Source: Negaprion brevirostris (lineage: Eukaryota). From it: a stretch of 64,000 bases of DNA. Within the stretch, counting starts at the first letter, position 1. Each line of letters starts with the position of its first letter. The stretch spans positions 20,213,825-20,277,824 of the forward strand of contig JARDVH010000124.1 in assembly GCA_030324005.1 (NCBI GenBank). The letters run 5' to 3'. Position numbers and translations under genes: made by a program. Under the pieces are notes generated by a model. It saw nothing but the letters and a program-made list of their open reading frames with translations, searched no databases and was not told the origin of the DNA. Of this stretch, positions 1 through 11,757 are shown piece after piece.

Positions 1-390
1 CCCCCAAAAAGGCTCTTTCCAAGAGTCAGCGTTGACCCAATGGTCCCCTTCTGCATTGTATGGATTCTATGGCTCTAGGGGAAGCTGTTTCCTTCATAAC
101 TAGAATGATAACCAAAGGCTACGGGTTTAAAATAACCGACAAAAGAACATGAATGAACAAGAAAAGTTTTGCCCACAACAGGACTGTTAAGGTCTGGAAC
201 TCGCTGTCCAAGTGGGCAACTGAATCAAGTTGAAACTTTTAAAAGACAATTAGTACATATATGGAAAGCATTAATTTGCTTGGCTGCAAGGAAAATGCTG
301 GGGTCTAGGGTTAAATTGAACAGCTCTTTTAAAGACTCAGTACAAGTACAATAAATGAAATAAGTTATTTCTGTGTTGTTAAATTCTAAG
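1..390 (+). mobile_element. HE1-type SINE 3' tail followed by a degraded CR1 3' end
   Basis: ccttctgcattgtatggattctatg tail; gggaagctgtttcc and ggtctggaactcgctgtcc are CR1 3' motifs. Confidence 0.55.
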
Positions 391-1904
391 ATCTTCTAAC
401 ATCCCTCATTGCCATAAATAAGACTATTCCCATAGATGAGGAGGAAGGGAGCAAACATTTGTCTTAAGTTTACAGCCAAATTTCAGAAATGGTGATCACT
501 GCAATACATGCTTTACATCTAATCACATTCAGGTAGCTCAGAAAATAATGAGCGAATGCCTCAATGTTCAATATTAAAGAACTATTACATTTTTGTTTTA
601 AATCAAAAGGCTGAATAGAAAAATCTCAAAATATAATCCTTTCTCATTTGTGCCACAAATCTCCTGTTTCATAAGTCAAGCAAGTCTGAAGTTAATACCA
701 GTTGTTTCATAGAGATTAGCTACCTTTCAGTTGCATCCTAAAATCACAACTAGCAACGCACAAAAAACACTTAATCTTAAAGATTATTTGAAAGTATGTA
801 CTGCCTTTGAATAACAGAGAGGACAATAGAAACAAAATAGATTTTCTTTAGATTTAAATTATATGATATGATAACCACATTGAATGTCTTCGTTAAGATT
901 GTTTTTTTTTAAAACTTGACAGATCGGAGAATAATCAGCAAACTCCTGAATTGTCATAAAAACTAATGCAATTGAATGCCAGTCTCTCAATGTACAAGCT
1001 GCAAATGCAAGTCCACTGGCTGCCTGCCATTCATACAGAGTAGCAACATAGACGACAGTTTAAATTCTTAGCAAGACCTCTGGAGTGCATAATCATTTGG
1101 GAACAAAGTACCCCACTATGGGAAAACAGGATTTTGAATCAGACCTTCCTTACGCCTGTTTAGTGCATACTGTCTTGGAAAAAAAATCTATCTACTACAC
1201 CATGCAAGGAACGGGCTCTTGATTAAATAAAAAAGTACTGGTTATATCCCTTTCTCTTTTGCATTCTGTTCACATAACAAGCTGGGGGATATTATTAATT
1301 CAAAGAGGATTAACACACCCTGTTATTCATGTGAGCCACCTCTATTTCATGCCAAATGGGATAAGCTGTCATGTAAATTATCTTAAACACAACGAAGTAT
1401 TAAATTCATTGGACTGTTTCAGCCCTAAGTGCCATTTTCATCATACATTGATTCAACAAATGAAAATTTAGCTTGACAACTCCAAATGGTAAGAATGATA
1501 AGTTAGCTGCCAAACTTGCTATCTCTTACTTTCAGCTTTGATTCTACAAAACAAAAATTCAGTTACACCAAGTNNNNNNNNNNGTCTGGTTGTGCCAGAC
1601 TTCCAGCAGCAGACATGGATTAAGAAGTGGTTCTTGTCACAATGTTACCATGCCACATCAGTGCAACATTGCGCTGGAGAACAAAATTTTTCTCTATCCA
1701 GATGTATAAATTAAAAACTTCTTGGAGTAAGATTCCCATGCTCTATTGTACATATTTCATGGCACAATTAAGTATTTCAGTATCAGGTTGCAATGTCAAT
1801 GTTCCGCTTATATTAAAGAAAGTATACTAAAACATTCTGAAATGAAGACACAAAGAACGGAATAATGTCACAATAGTAAAGAACTTAATGCTGTGAAATA
1901 AAAT

Positions 1905-2138
1905 GTCACTCTCTGTGTGGACTTTGCACATTCTCCCCGTGTCAGCTTGTGTTTCCTCCAGGTGCTCCGGTTTTCTCCCCAGTCAAAGATCTGCAGGTTA
2001 GATGAATTGGCCATGCTAAATTCTCCCCAGTGTACCCGAGTAGATGCCAGAGTATGGCGACTAGGAGATTTTCACACTAGTTCCATTTCAGTGTGAATGT
2101 AAGCCGACTTGTGACTATAAGCTCTACTTTTTACTTTA
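1905..2138 (+). mobile_element. V-domain SINE, 5'-truncated, with a non-HE1 tail
   Basis: V-domain tttgcacattctccccgtgtc...ttggccatgctaaatt, then tail ggagattttcac...aatgtaagccgacttgtgac, unlike the other copies. Confidence 0.75.
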
Positions 2139-2459
2139 TCAATAGAACATTGCTTCCCAATTGTTTTCCTGGTGTGACCCCATTGGCCTCGGATTTGGGA
2201 GTGTTCAGCGTGTTAGTGGGAGCGGCTGCCTTCTTATTATGAGCACATCAGGATAGTTTGTTTCTGAAGTGCCAAAATAAAACAAACCAGTGGACTAATA
2301 ACTTTTGATATGGCNNNNNNNNNNATATGGCAGCATAACTAACCTACACTACTATATCAAGGTATCAAAATAAGACAAAACATCATAAAACCAAAGTAAG
2401 AGCTATAGCTAGGTTTATTCTCATCAGAAAAAAATTAAAACATCCTATAATATTAAATT

Positions 2460-3420
2460 CCTACATGCATAAATCGCAAAAAGGTAGCACGCAAGTTCAG
2501 CAGGTTATAGGGAGGGCAAATGGAATGTTGGCCTTTATTTCAAAATAGGGAAGTCTTGTTAAAACTAATTAAGCCACACTTGGAATACCTCGAATTGGGC
2601 CCCTCATTGAGCGGCACAGTGCCACACAGTGCCAGGGACACAGGTTCAATTCTGGCCTCGGGTCACTGCCTTGTGAAGTTTGCACATTCTCCCCGTGAGG
2701 CGTGGGTTTCCTCCAAGTGTTCTGGTTTCCTCCAAACAGTCCAAAGATATGCGGATATGGTTGATTGGCCATGCTAAATTGACCTTAATGTCAGAGGGGT
2801 TAGCAGGATAAATATGTGGAGTTACGGGAGTGGGGCCTGGGTGGGATTGTAGTCGGTGCAGACTCAATGGGTCGAATGGCCTCCTTCTGCAATGTAGAGA
2901 TTCTATGATTCCATCCAAGATATTCTGGCATTGGAGGGAGTCTAGAGAAGGTTCACAGAGTTGATCCCTGGTATGGAGGGGTTTTCTTATGGAGGTAAGA
3001 TTGAGCAGGCGGGGCCTGCACCCACTAGAGTTTAGAAGAATGAGAGGTGATCTTATTGAGACATATAGTATTCTCAGGGGTCTTGACAGAATAAATGCTG
3101 AGAGGTTGTTTCCCTTGTGGGAGAGTCTAGGACCAGAGGGTATAACCTCAGAGTACAGGGTGCCCAGTTAAAACAGAGATGAGAAGGAATTTGTTCTGAG
3201 GGTAGTGAACCTGGAATTCTTTAATGCAGAAAGCTAGAGAGGCTGGGTCTTTAGTATGTACAAGGTTGAGATAGAATGATTTTTAATCAATAAGGGAATC
3301 AAGGGTTTTGGGGATAAAGTGAAAAAGTGGAGTCAAGGATCAGAACATCTGATCAGTCATGATTTCATCAAATAGCAGTGCAAACTCAATGAGCCGACTG
3401 GCCTATCTCTTTTAATGCTT
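2460..3420 (+). mobile_element. CR1-clade LINE 3' fragment, split by an HE1 SINE
   Basis: Frames give IKPHLEY and GLHPLEFRRMRGDLIETYSILRGLDRINAERLFP (CR1 ORF2 C-terminus); tail gatcagtcatgat. Confidence 0.88.
2611..2912 (+). mobile_element. HE1-type V-SINE
   Basis: tRNA-like head with B-box ggttcaattc, V-domain, and CR1-like tail ggcctccttctgca...attctatgatt. Confidence 0.9.
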
Positions 3421-3483
3421 CATATAGTGTGCATCCACTAATCATGCAAAATTGAACAAATTGGAAGACTTAATCTCAATTAC

Positions 3484-3665
3484 CTGAACTGTATATTTGT
3501 GCAGCTCATCTAGAACAAATTCAACTTCCTTTGATGTAGTAAGAGATGCCAGGTTTCCGCTAAGATTGTAACAATAAAGTTTTGCATTATCGTAGTTTTC
3601 TCGACTGGCATTGATCCGGAGGCAGACATCCCCAACGTGGCTCCAGCCTTCTCCGCAAAGGTGGG
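3484..3665 (-). CDS. ATRNL1: ATRNL1 internal coding exon H (182 bp, phase 1 to 0), N-terminal half of the C-type lectin domain
   Basis: Acceptor aattccag|CC, donor CAG|gtaatt. Encodes (A)HLCGEGWSHVGDVCLRINASRENYDNAKLYCYNLSGNLASLTTSKEVEFVLDELHKYTVQ. Confidence 0.96.
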
Positions 3666-4786
3666 CTGGAATTGTAAGAACAAAAACAGTTTTTATACCT
3701 TTTTCAAGATCTTGAAACATGACTGACGTATGGTGAAATGGCACAAAACAACTTTGAATTTTACAGATGTTCCCAGTCACCTAAATTGCCAAACAATTAC
3801 ATACATAGGCCACTGTTTATCAACCACCATTCAGAATTATCCTACAGGCTGGTGACAGTATGCCAACTGCAAAAAGCAAGAAGTTGGAAGGCTTAAGTTT
3901 TTTTTAATGCAACTATTTTACAGCCAATTTTTTTTTTCTTTTTTGCAAAATATCAATTTGTTTTCCAATGGGCAATCACTTTCTCCTTTAATCATCCTTT
4001 GAAATAAACTTCAAAGTTGCGTCCCATATAATTTCCCCTCCACCGCATCACAAGTAGTCATTAAAATGATAAGTGCCTGAAAAATCTGCTCAACTAATTA
4101 ATTGAGGGAAGAATCTTTTGAATTTAAAATAAATTAAGTAAGCAACATCTACATTTAGTTCTTTTGTGGGAAAGCTGCTTTAATTTAACATTTTCTAAGG
4201 GTAAACCAGTTATTTTTAAACCATTTTAAGAAGAGCCATTTTTCCTTCCTCAATGTTTTGAAATTTAACAATTTAATTTAAAAGAAAGCTTGCTGTGTCT
4301 TCATCGCATGCATTTTTATTGCAGCATCTTCACCAGAAAGGGAAATTCAAATTGTGGACAATCATTTGAAAAAGTAGAAGGATCTAAATCTGAGGCAGGA
4401 AAATCAAATAAAATCATCAAGTTAGACCCCAAAACAGGATTGGCTGATACAAGCACCAAGCAGAGAATAACAGTCTCTCTTTTCTCCATTTTCTTAAATG
4501 CTTGAAGAGTACTTTATTTGGTAACGACATTATTCTATTTATTGTAATGAATATGACAACAAGGACAATGACAACAAAATTACCACTTAAACATGAGGAA
4601 AAATTTTAAGGAACTTGCAATAACCATTTTATCATTTATAATTTGAAACAATTACCAGGATTGGTTCAGTTAGTAGATGGTAACAAAATTAAAAACTGTA
4701 CATTATTGTAATATGTTAAGCACAGAACAAGCCATGACAGTAGTTTGTTTCTTTACATGTACATTTTGCCTTGTTCAGATTTTTAC

Positions 4787-4919
4787 CTGGTAATGCTTGA
4801 CACTCCTGGTTTCGCTGATCCCACTGACAGTTAAGCTTCATTGAGCAGGTCTTGCAGCTTGTAAATTTGCTACAAATATGCTCATTCCGCATACGGCATT
4901 TGGTACTGTTTGTCACAGA
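4787..4919 (-). CDS. ATRNL1: ATRNL1 internal coding exon G (133 bp, phase 0 to 1), PSI domain
   Basis: Acceptor tcttctcctag|TCT, donor CCAG|gtaaaa. Encodes [44 protein letters not shown]. Confidence 0.95.
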
Positions 4920-6442
4920 CTAGGAGAAGAAATGTTTAAAATTGTCACTGACTATTTTACCACAGTTTAGTGCAATCACAACACAAAACATCACATTAAA
5001 CTCCTCATTTAATATCTAGTGCTACTGAAAAATACATTTTTTTTAAAATATGCAAACATAACTGTACATTACTTGTCCAAATGTCAGAAAAGGTCTGAAA
5101 ATGTCAGATGGAAAACGGTTTGGAATTGCTTACAAATCTTAATTTCAAACCAAATATTTTTAAAGCAGGAGAAACAACAACAGATCAAACTATGATGAGT
5201 AAAAGTGGACAATAAAAAGGATATGGGCACACATTGGTTCCAGTACTTAAAGAAAGAATATGTTGGTGAAAGTTATGATGAATGGCATGTTGCATGAAAA
5301 GTTTGAATTTGCTGTGTAGAATTCTACAGGATCCATTCCAGAACTTTCAATAGTCATCTCTTATTTGCAGTCAAGCTTCCCTTTTTGAGAGATAAAGTAT
5401 GGATGGAAAACTGGGGGAGTGGGATTATGTACAATGGAGCATGAAGAAAAGTGAATTGTACTCAATACAAGCTAAAGCTTTCGAACTTGTCAGTAATTTC
5501 AATGGTTACTGCTAACTAAACTCACTATTATAGTTGAAATTTTTCTTCACAGCTACCATCAAATTTGGATTTTTTTGTCAAAAACAATATCTTTAAATAA
5601 ATGCTGGGGAAACATCAAAACAAAAGATGCATTCAAAGAGAGGTTAGACAAGCATATTAGGAAGAAAACATGGTATCAAGGAAAAGTTTAAATGAGAAAA
5701 GATGAAAGGAAGCTCGTATGCAGCACAAATACCAGAATGGGCTGGTTAAGGCCAAATGCCCTCTTCTTAGCTTTACATCTGATATATGTAATCCCATTCT
5801 CCGTAAAGGCAAAGCAAGTTATAGCCTGAATCAGTTGCTAAATTTGAACTTCTGATCCAATGCAATTACCCAGTACTTTCTTAACTGTCACACTATGCTA
5901 TTTTCCATGGAACTCTACAGCTCAGAAAAGCCTTTCAGCCAAACACATCCACCAGTTTTAATCTCATTGTTTCAATTTTCCCATCACGTGACAACTTATC
6001 TGCTTCAAATAGCTATCTAATTTACCCTTTAGAGATGCAATGTCACAATCACCACCTATAGCGATTATTTTACCCGAGCAATTTTCTGCATAAAACAAAT
6101 TTCTCCTGAACCACCAGCTCATTCTCTGTTGAGAATTTATCATGATAGCTTTGTCACTTGCAAGTTATTAGAGGTGAGGAAATGTCCAATTCAAACAAAA
6201 CAACAAAAGGTTGAAAAGGTTTGTTTTTTTTAAAATGGAAACTTATATTTCTGAGAACTTCTTATTTCAACAGGTTAACACGATGCAATTTATCTTGCTA
6301 CATAGCCAATTGCTTAACAAATACTCTGAACATAAATCTTTCCCTATTAACACCCTAATGGTTTTGGGCAACATAGGATGCACTTGAATTAAAATTCCGA
6401 TGATCAATTTGCCTTTAAGGCCTTTCACTCTGTCTCCATAAC

Positions 6443-6603
6443 GTGGAGATGCCAGCATTGGACTGGGGTAGGCACAGTAAGAAATCTTCCAACACCAGGT
6501 TAAGTCCAACAGGTTTATTTGGTAACACATGGAGGGGCAGCACTCCAAAAGCTTGTGCTACCATTGGACTTTAACCTGGTGTTGTGAGATTTCTTACTAT
6601 GCT
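6443..6603. mobile_element. Penelope terminal-repeat-derived foldback mini-element (family 1)
   Basis: Left arm cagtaagaaatcttccaacaccaggttaagtccaa is an inverted match to right arm ttggactttaacctggtgttgtgagatttcttact; ribozyme remnant gcagcactccaaaagcttgtg lies between them. Confidence 0.75.
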
Positions 6604-6659
6604 TCTATATGCAAGGGATGATTTACTAAAGAATTCAACAACTGCTGGATTGACAAAAA

Positions 6660-7010
6660 AACTGACATTCTAGCGCACTGCTGCACTGTCAGAGGTGTCA
6701 TCTTTCAGAGACCCCATCTGCCTTCTCTGGCAGATGAAGAGATCCCACTGCACTTTAAGAGCAGGGCAATTATCCTGGGTAATATGCCCTGGCCAATATT
6801 CAATCTTAATCAACATCACAAAACAGATTATCTGGTCATGATCAGATTTATAGATTGTAAGGGTCTGCAGTGCACTGAACAGACTGGCACATTTCCCAAA
6901 TTACAACAGCGACTGTAACACAAAATTATGCCACTAGCTGTAAAGAGCTTTGGGACATCTGGTGGTTGTAAAATGCATTACAAAAATGCAAACCTGTATT
7001 TCTTTTCTTT
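6660..7010 (+). mobile_element. Deu-domain SINE (SacSINE1/AmnSINE1-like) with L2-type tail
   Basis: gctgcactgtcagaggtgtcatctttc, gatcccactgcac, cctggccaatatt, aaacagattatctggtcat, ctgtaaagagctttgggacatc. Confidence 0.8.
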
Positions 7011-7339
7011 CAAAGAAGTTACGTGTGACAGGCTCTACCACTCATAAGCTGGCAACCCATAAATGCCATTACACAAATTTGCATGTGCTTATACTCCTCC
7101 CTTGCACCAAAAATAATTGTACTATATCATTTCAGAACATTTGGAAAAACATGCTTTTACTACAATGCCAAATTTTTAAAAGCTCACATTCATTGGTCAT
7201 AAAAGATGTTATTCAGTATTTGTTTTTGTATTTTGTATTCAAATTAAGAAATAGATTGGTTTCAACAAATATTCACAGCTTGGACTTAAAATAGATGAAG
7301 CTTACAGCTTCCTTCACATATCACAGCAATATAACAAAC

Positions 7340-7826
7340 CCAAAGTTCAAAAGGATTCCTTCACCTCACTTAGTGTACTGTCTGGAGACAATACACATCC
7401 CTTTAACCTGTGCTCAAAGCTCCTTCCACTCACATTGTTGGCCACTTTAAGACTTGAATAGCAGGTTAGGTGTAAAGATTCGCATTCTAATCAGTNNNNN
7501 NNNNNNNNNNNNNNNNNNNNNNNNNNNNNNNNNNNNNNNNNNNNNNNNNNNNNNNNNNNNNNNNNNNNNNNNNNNNNNNNNNNNNNNNNNNNNNNGATCA
7601 GCCATGATCTTATTGAATGGCGGGGCAGGCTCAAGGGGCTAGATGGCCGACTCCTGCTCCTATTTCTTATGTACTTATGAGGCCAGAACTCTCCATTCAC
7701 CTGACAAAGGGGCAAACCCCGAAAGCTTGTGAGTTTACTATCAGATAAATTGGTTGGACTTAAACCTAGTGTTGTCAGACTTCTTGCTGTGTTTACCCCA
7801 GTCCAACACCGGTATCTTCACATCAT
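7340..7826 (+). mobile_element. Penelope-like element 3' end, interrupted by a gap and a CR1 tail (7596-7678)
   Basis: ctccttccactcacattg resembles the reverse of the 61538-61770 copy; ends in the family-1 terminal repeat ccccagtccaacaccggtatcttcacatc. Confidence 0.7.
7696..7733 (+). ncRNA. Minimal type-I hammerhead ribozyme motif with one core mutation
   Basis: Stem I UUCAC/GUGAG; core CUGACAA (CUGANGA with G8 to A); stem II GGGG-CAAA-CCCC; GAAA-GC-UU cleavage site. Confidence 0.65.
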
Positions 7827-8439
7827 TCCTTCAGTATTGTTACCAGAGTAACTGAGCCATTTCATACATATATCGGTGTGAACAAAGTTTCTAATTTTCT
7901 CCTTTAACTTGCACCTTGAATTCAGAAAGTGTCATCTTGTTTAAGTACCTGCACGAAAGCAAGTGCACTATGTTCCTAATTTCTCCCAGTAACTCAAATG
8001 ATACTGTTGAAAACATCTGGGAAGGCAGCAGAAAGATAAACATTAAACTTTGTGAAATTAAATAAATCCTCTAACATAAAACATATACAAATTACACATG
8101 TAATGAAATGTATCCCTGTCTTATTCTGCCATTTAAATGGTTGCTGCACACAAAATATCATGAAACACCATACGTGAATCATTTATTTTTTTAAATAGTC
8201 TTATTTGCAAAACCCTCAAATTTCACAGGCGTTTTGTTCATATTTGCATTGTGCCTCTGAGCTCATCAGAGCCACAATTACATATGCATAAGCTTGATGC
8301 TGAAAGAATAGATTGTCTGATAAACAAATACCTAGTTTAATGAAAACAGATGATAGTGCAAATTCTCAGCAGGTCAGCCAGCCAGTGTTTGTGGACAGAC
8401 ACCATTGACATCTCATCAGCAGTGGGAAAATAAGAAACT

Positions 8440-8583
8440 TAACTGATTTTGGGTCTCAATGACATTACTGTTACTAGACAGGCGGTGCTCGACAGACTGG
8501 AGGGATTGATTGTGGACAAGTCCCCAGAACCGGATGGAATGCATCCAAGGGTTCTGAAAGAAATGGCGGAGGTGATAGTGGAT
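8440..8583 (+). mobile_element. CR1 ORF2 fragment running into an assembly gap
   Basis: LEGLIVDKSPEPDGMHPRVLKEMAEVIVD (the KSPGPDG motif upstream of RT). Confidence 0.85.
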
Positions 8584-9178
8584 NNNNNNNNNNNNNNNNN
8601 NNNNNNNNNNNNNNNNNNNNNNNNNNNNNNNNNNNNNNNNNNNNNNNNNNNNNNNNNNNNNNNNNNNNNNNNNNNNNNNNNNNNNNNNNNNNNNNNNNNN
8701 NNNNNNNNNNNNNNNNNNNNNNNNNNNNNNNNNNNNNNNNNNNNNNNNNNNNNNNNNNNNNNNNNNNNNNNNNNNNNNNNNNNNNNNNNNNNNNNNNNNN
8801 NNNNNNNNNNNNNNNNNNNNNNNNNNNNNNNNNNNNNNNNNNNNNNNNNNNNNNNNNNNNNNNNNNNNNNNNNNNNNNNNNNNNNNNNNNNNNNNNNNNN
8901 NNNNNNNNNNNNNNNNNNNNNNNNNNNNNNNNNNNNNNNNNNNNNNNNNNNNNNNNNNNNNNNNNNNNNNNNNNNNNNNNNNNNNNNNNNNNNNNNNNNN
9001 NNNNNNNNNNNATTGTAACAATGTGACCAATTGGACTAGTACCTGTACAGGGTGAAGCAATGCATGTAAACTCCTGCGGCATGCTATACCCAAGGACAAC
9101 AAAGCCTTGCAATGTCCATGCAGGAAGAGATTACCCCTCAATGGTTATCTACACATCTGTCTCCGGGATACTCTGGAT

Positions 9179-10100
9179 TCAGTAAAAGAGTCTGGCATAT
9201 TTCGTGCTAATATAGGACAGAGTACTTTACCACCCACAGTGAATGTAAGGGAACATGTGATCCACACATAAGGGTCAGTCTAGTGTTGGAAAGGGTGCAA
9301 GATCAGAAACCCCAAAACATATCATGAAGAGACACTAGACCCCAGCAATTTTTCTGTTTTGGCATAAATGAAAGGGAAGAATGCTTCGCCTCAGGAGTAG
9401 CTGCACTGACAAATTAGGGATTCTTTTATTGAAACAAGGTTTGTTCATGATACTAAATGGACCTGTTTAACTCTCAACTGTTGAACAATCTTTAAACATG
9501 AAAAAACTCAACTTCAAATTTATTATTCAGTTCCAATTAAGCAATATTTATCTTATTGACTTAAACCCCGCTTCAAAAATATTTAGTGACTCCAGGCATA
9601 CTTGCTTTGACTTGGGATAACAGCGTTGGAGCTTCCAGAGAGAGATTTTGTAGAGAGAGAGACAGCGCGCTGCTTGGAGGCTTTTATCTTTAGAATTTTC
9701 TTTTCAGCGACCAAATGCAGAAAGCTGTTTTTCTCAGCTACAAACCCAATTCCTCCCATTTCTGTACTACATGACAATATAATCCTGTATAGCTAACTCA
9801 CCTTCAAGAAAACACTCAAAGGCACTTTTCTTTGGTAAACAAAAGCTAATTAAGCCTGCTAAATAAATAATTGCATGACAAAAATGAGTAATTATCCTGC
9901 TTTGCATCATCCACTTGTAACAAAACAGTGCATCCTTAAGCAATCCACCTCAAATATAAAATATGTTAATAGCACAGTATTAAAAGAAGCATATATACAC
10001 ATACACAGTTCTTGTAGTTAAGAAATATGTGCAGTTAAACTACTTAAGATGACAAAGACCTCACTAAGGTCTACTGAATGGTATTCAACACCCTACAACA
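9179..10100 (+). repeat. 5' LTR of the Gypsy element, carrying a ~640 bp unclassified insertion (~9345-9985)
   Basis: Both ends align to the 3' LTR; ends ccctacaaca followed by TGG. Confidence 0.7.
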
Positions 10101-11757
10101 TGGTGGCACCAAATGAAAAAACTCAAAAGTTTGCAAAAATCCTGCAAGACTAAAGAAAAATGCAAAAAAAATCTGACCTGAAGAAAAACTCAAGAAGCAA
10201 GAAGGGAAAGGCTCTATAGAAAGGCTTAAAAGCTATAAGTAGAACATTTAAATTCCTCGCTGCAGCAGAAATCTTGAAGTCCGGCTTCAACTCTCAGAAT
10301 GCAGAGTTAGCTCAACCCAGTTAGGTCTCCTAAAGCTCTTCAATCCCACGATAATGTAAAGCCCAAGAAGCTTTAAAATATTTCACTGGTCAGAAATTGC
10401 CATTTAAAAATTCTACCTGAAAAACCAGATTCTCAAACTGGTACCTGAATATGTGCCTCCAAGCTCACTCCAAAACGAAAGAAAAAATAAATTAATGAAC
10501 TAATTCAGAAGAATCATGACTATGAATCAGCTTTTACGGCCAGCAATGGCCAGGATTCAACGTTGTTGCAACCCTAAAGCACAGCACTGAAATGGAGAAA
10601 TCTGCAGCTCGTCAATCCAAGCAGTCATTTTTAAAATCTTTGAGGCTGAGCATGAAGGTCACTGCAGTGGGACAGTGCCAAAACTGGCCAGCATGGGTAA
10701 ACCTTTATCTTCAAACAAACAGCATGTCGAATTTCAGCAAATGCTGAAAATCTAAACCAAAATTTTTTAACCGTGGATCAGAAATCCACTCTTTCAGATT
10801 GATTTGGTCTTATCCAAGCCCAGATCAATCATATAATTTGGGATTTCTTGGGGAAAAAAATTGCTTCAAGTCTGGACAAAAAAACAGAAGCGGAACAAGT
10901 TAAATAAAACGCTGCTTAGTTCAGTCGGACGATACCGGACGACATTATTGCTAGACGAGGAATTAAATCATCTGTTAAATATGAAATTGCACTAAAATCA
11001 CTCAGTGCTATTTTAACCTAGCACGCAACAAAATTCTCAAAAAGACTAAATTTAATTAGATGTCCAGCAGCAAGGAGATACTGCCGACTCATTCACTAAT
11101 GAACTGTCCAAGATGGCCGAAGCTGTGGATACAAACCCCCACCTAAAATCTGAATTCATCAGGAACAGAATGGTTGTCGGATTCTCAGACATGCTGAAAA
11201 TGAAGGAAGATTTAACCCTTGAGAAAGTTATCAGGTTGTTAGGCTGTCTGAACTCAGTGTGCAGCACAAGTCCATTTTGGGAGGACAAAATAAAACGTGG
11301 TACAAAAGAAACACCATACTCCAGTTAATTAAACAGCGCAGAAACACACCAGGCTATGGGAAACAATGCCGTAACAAGCAACTTCTGTCAGCATTGTGGA
11401 GCAGAATGCCCCCACAGGTGAGATTAATGCTCTCCAGTTTCAGTCCACTGCTTTCAACGCAACGGGGTTGAACAGTTTGGCAAACTGAAAACATCTAAAC
11501 TGACAGAAAACCCAAAAATTATTCATGAAGTTGAGACTGCACTCTAAGAGGACATACAGCCATGCTTCTTGGATGAAGTCGAAGATCTTAATTTTTGTTT
11601 TGGAATGCGGACATTTCAGTTACGACCAGCTCACAAGCTTTAGTTGGATATGGGGCCAACGTTGCGCTCCTGTCAGAGAGCGAGCCATGGCTCATGACCC
11701 AACAGCTAAATGTCACCCACAATTCACCTAAGCACAGTGGAGGTATAACACTCCTGG

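Noticed and set aside
3442-3483. Read-through of exon H into the intron (VIEIKSSNLFNFA-stop) as a secreted isoform
   Set aside because: The donor CAG|gtaatt is good. Short read-through ORFs occur after most exons here, and there is no transcript evidence.
8416-9141. Long ORFs in the track (also 15835-16625, 22869-23156, 31748-32263)
   Set aside because: They are open only because they run through N gaps.
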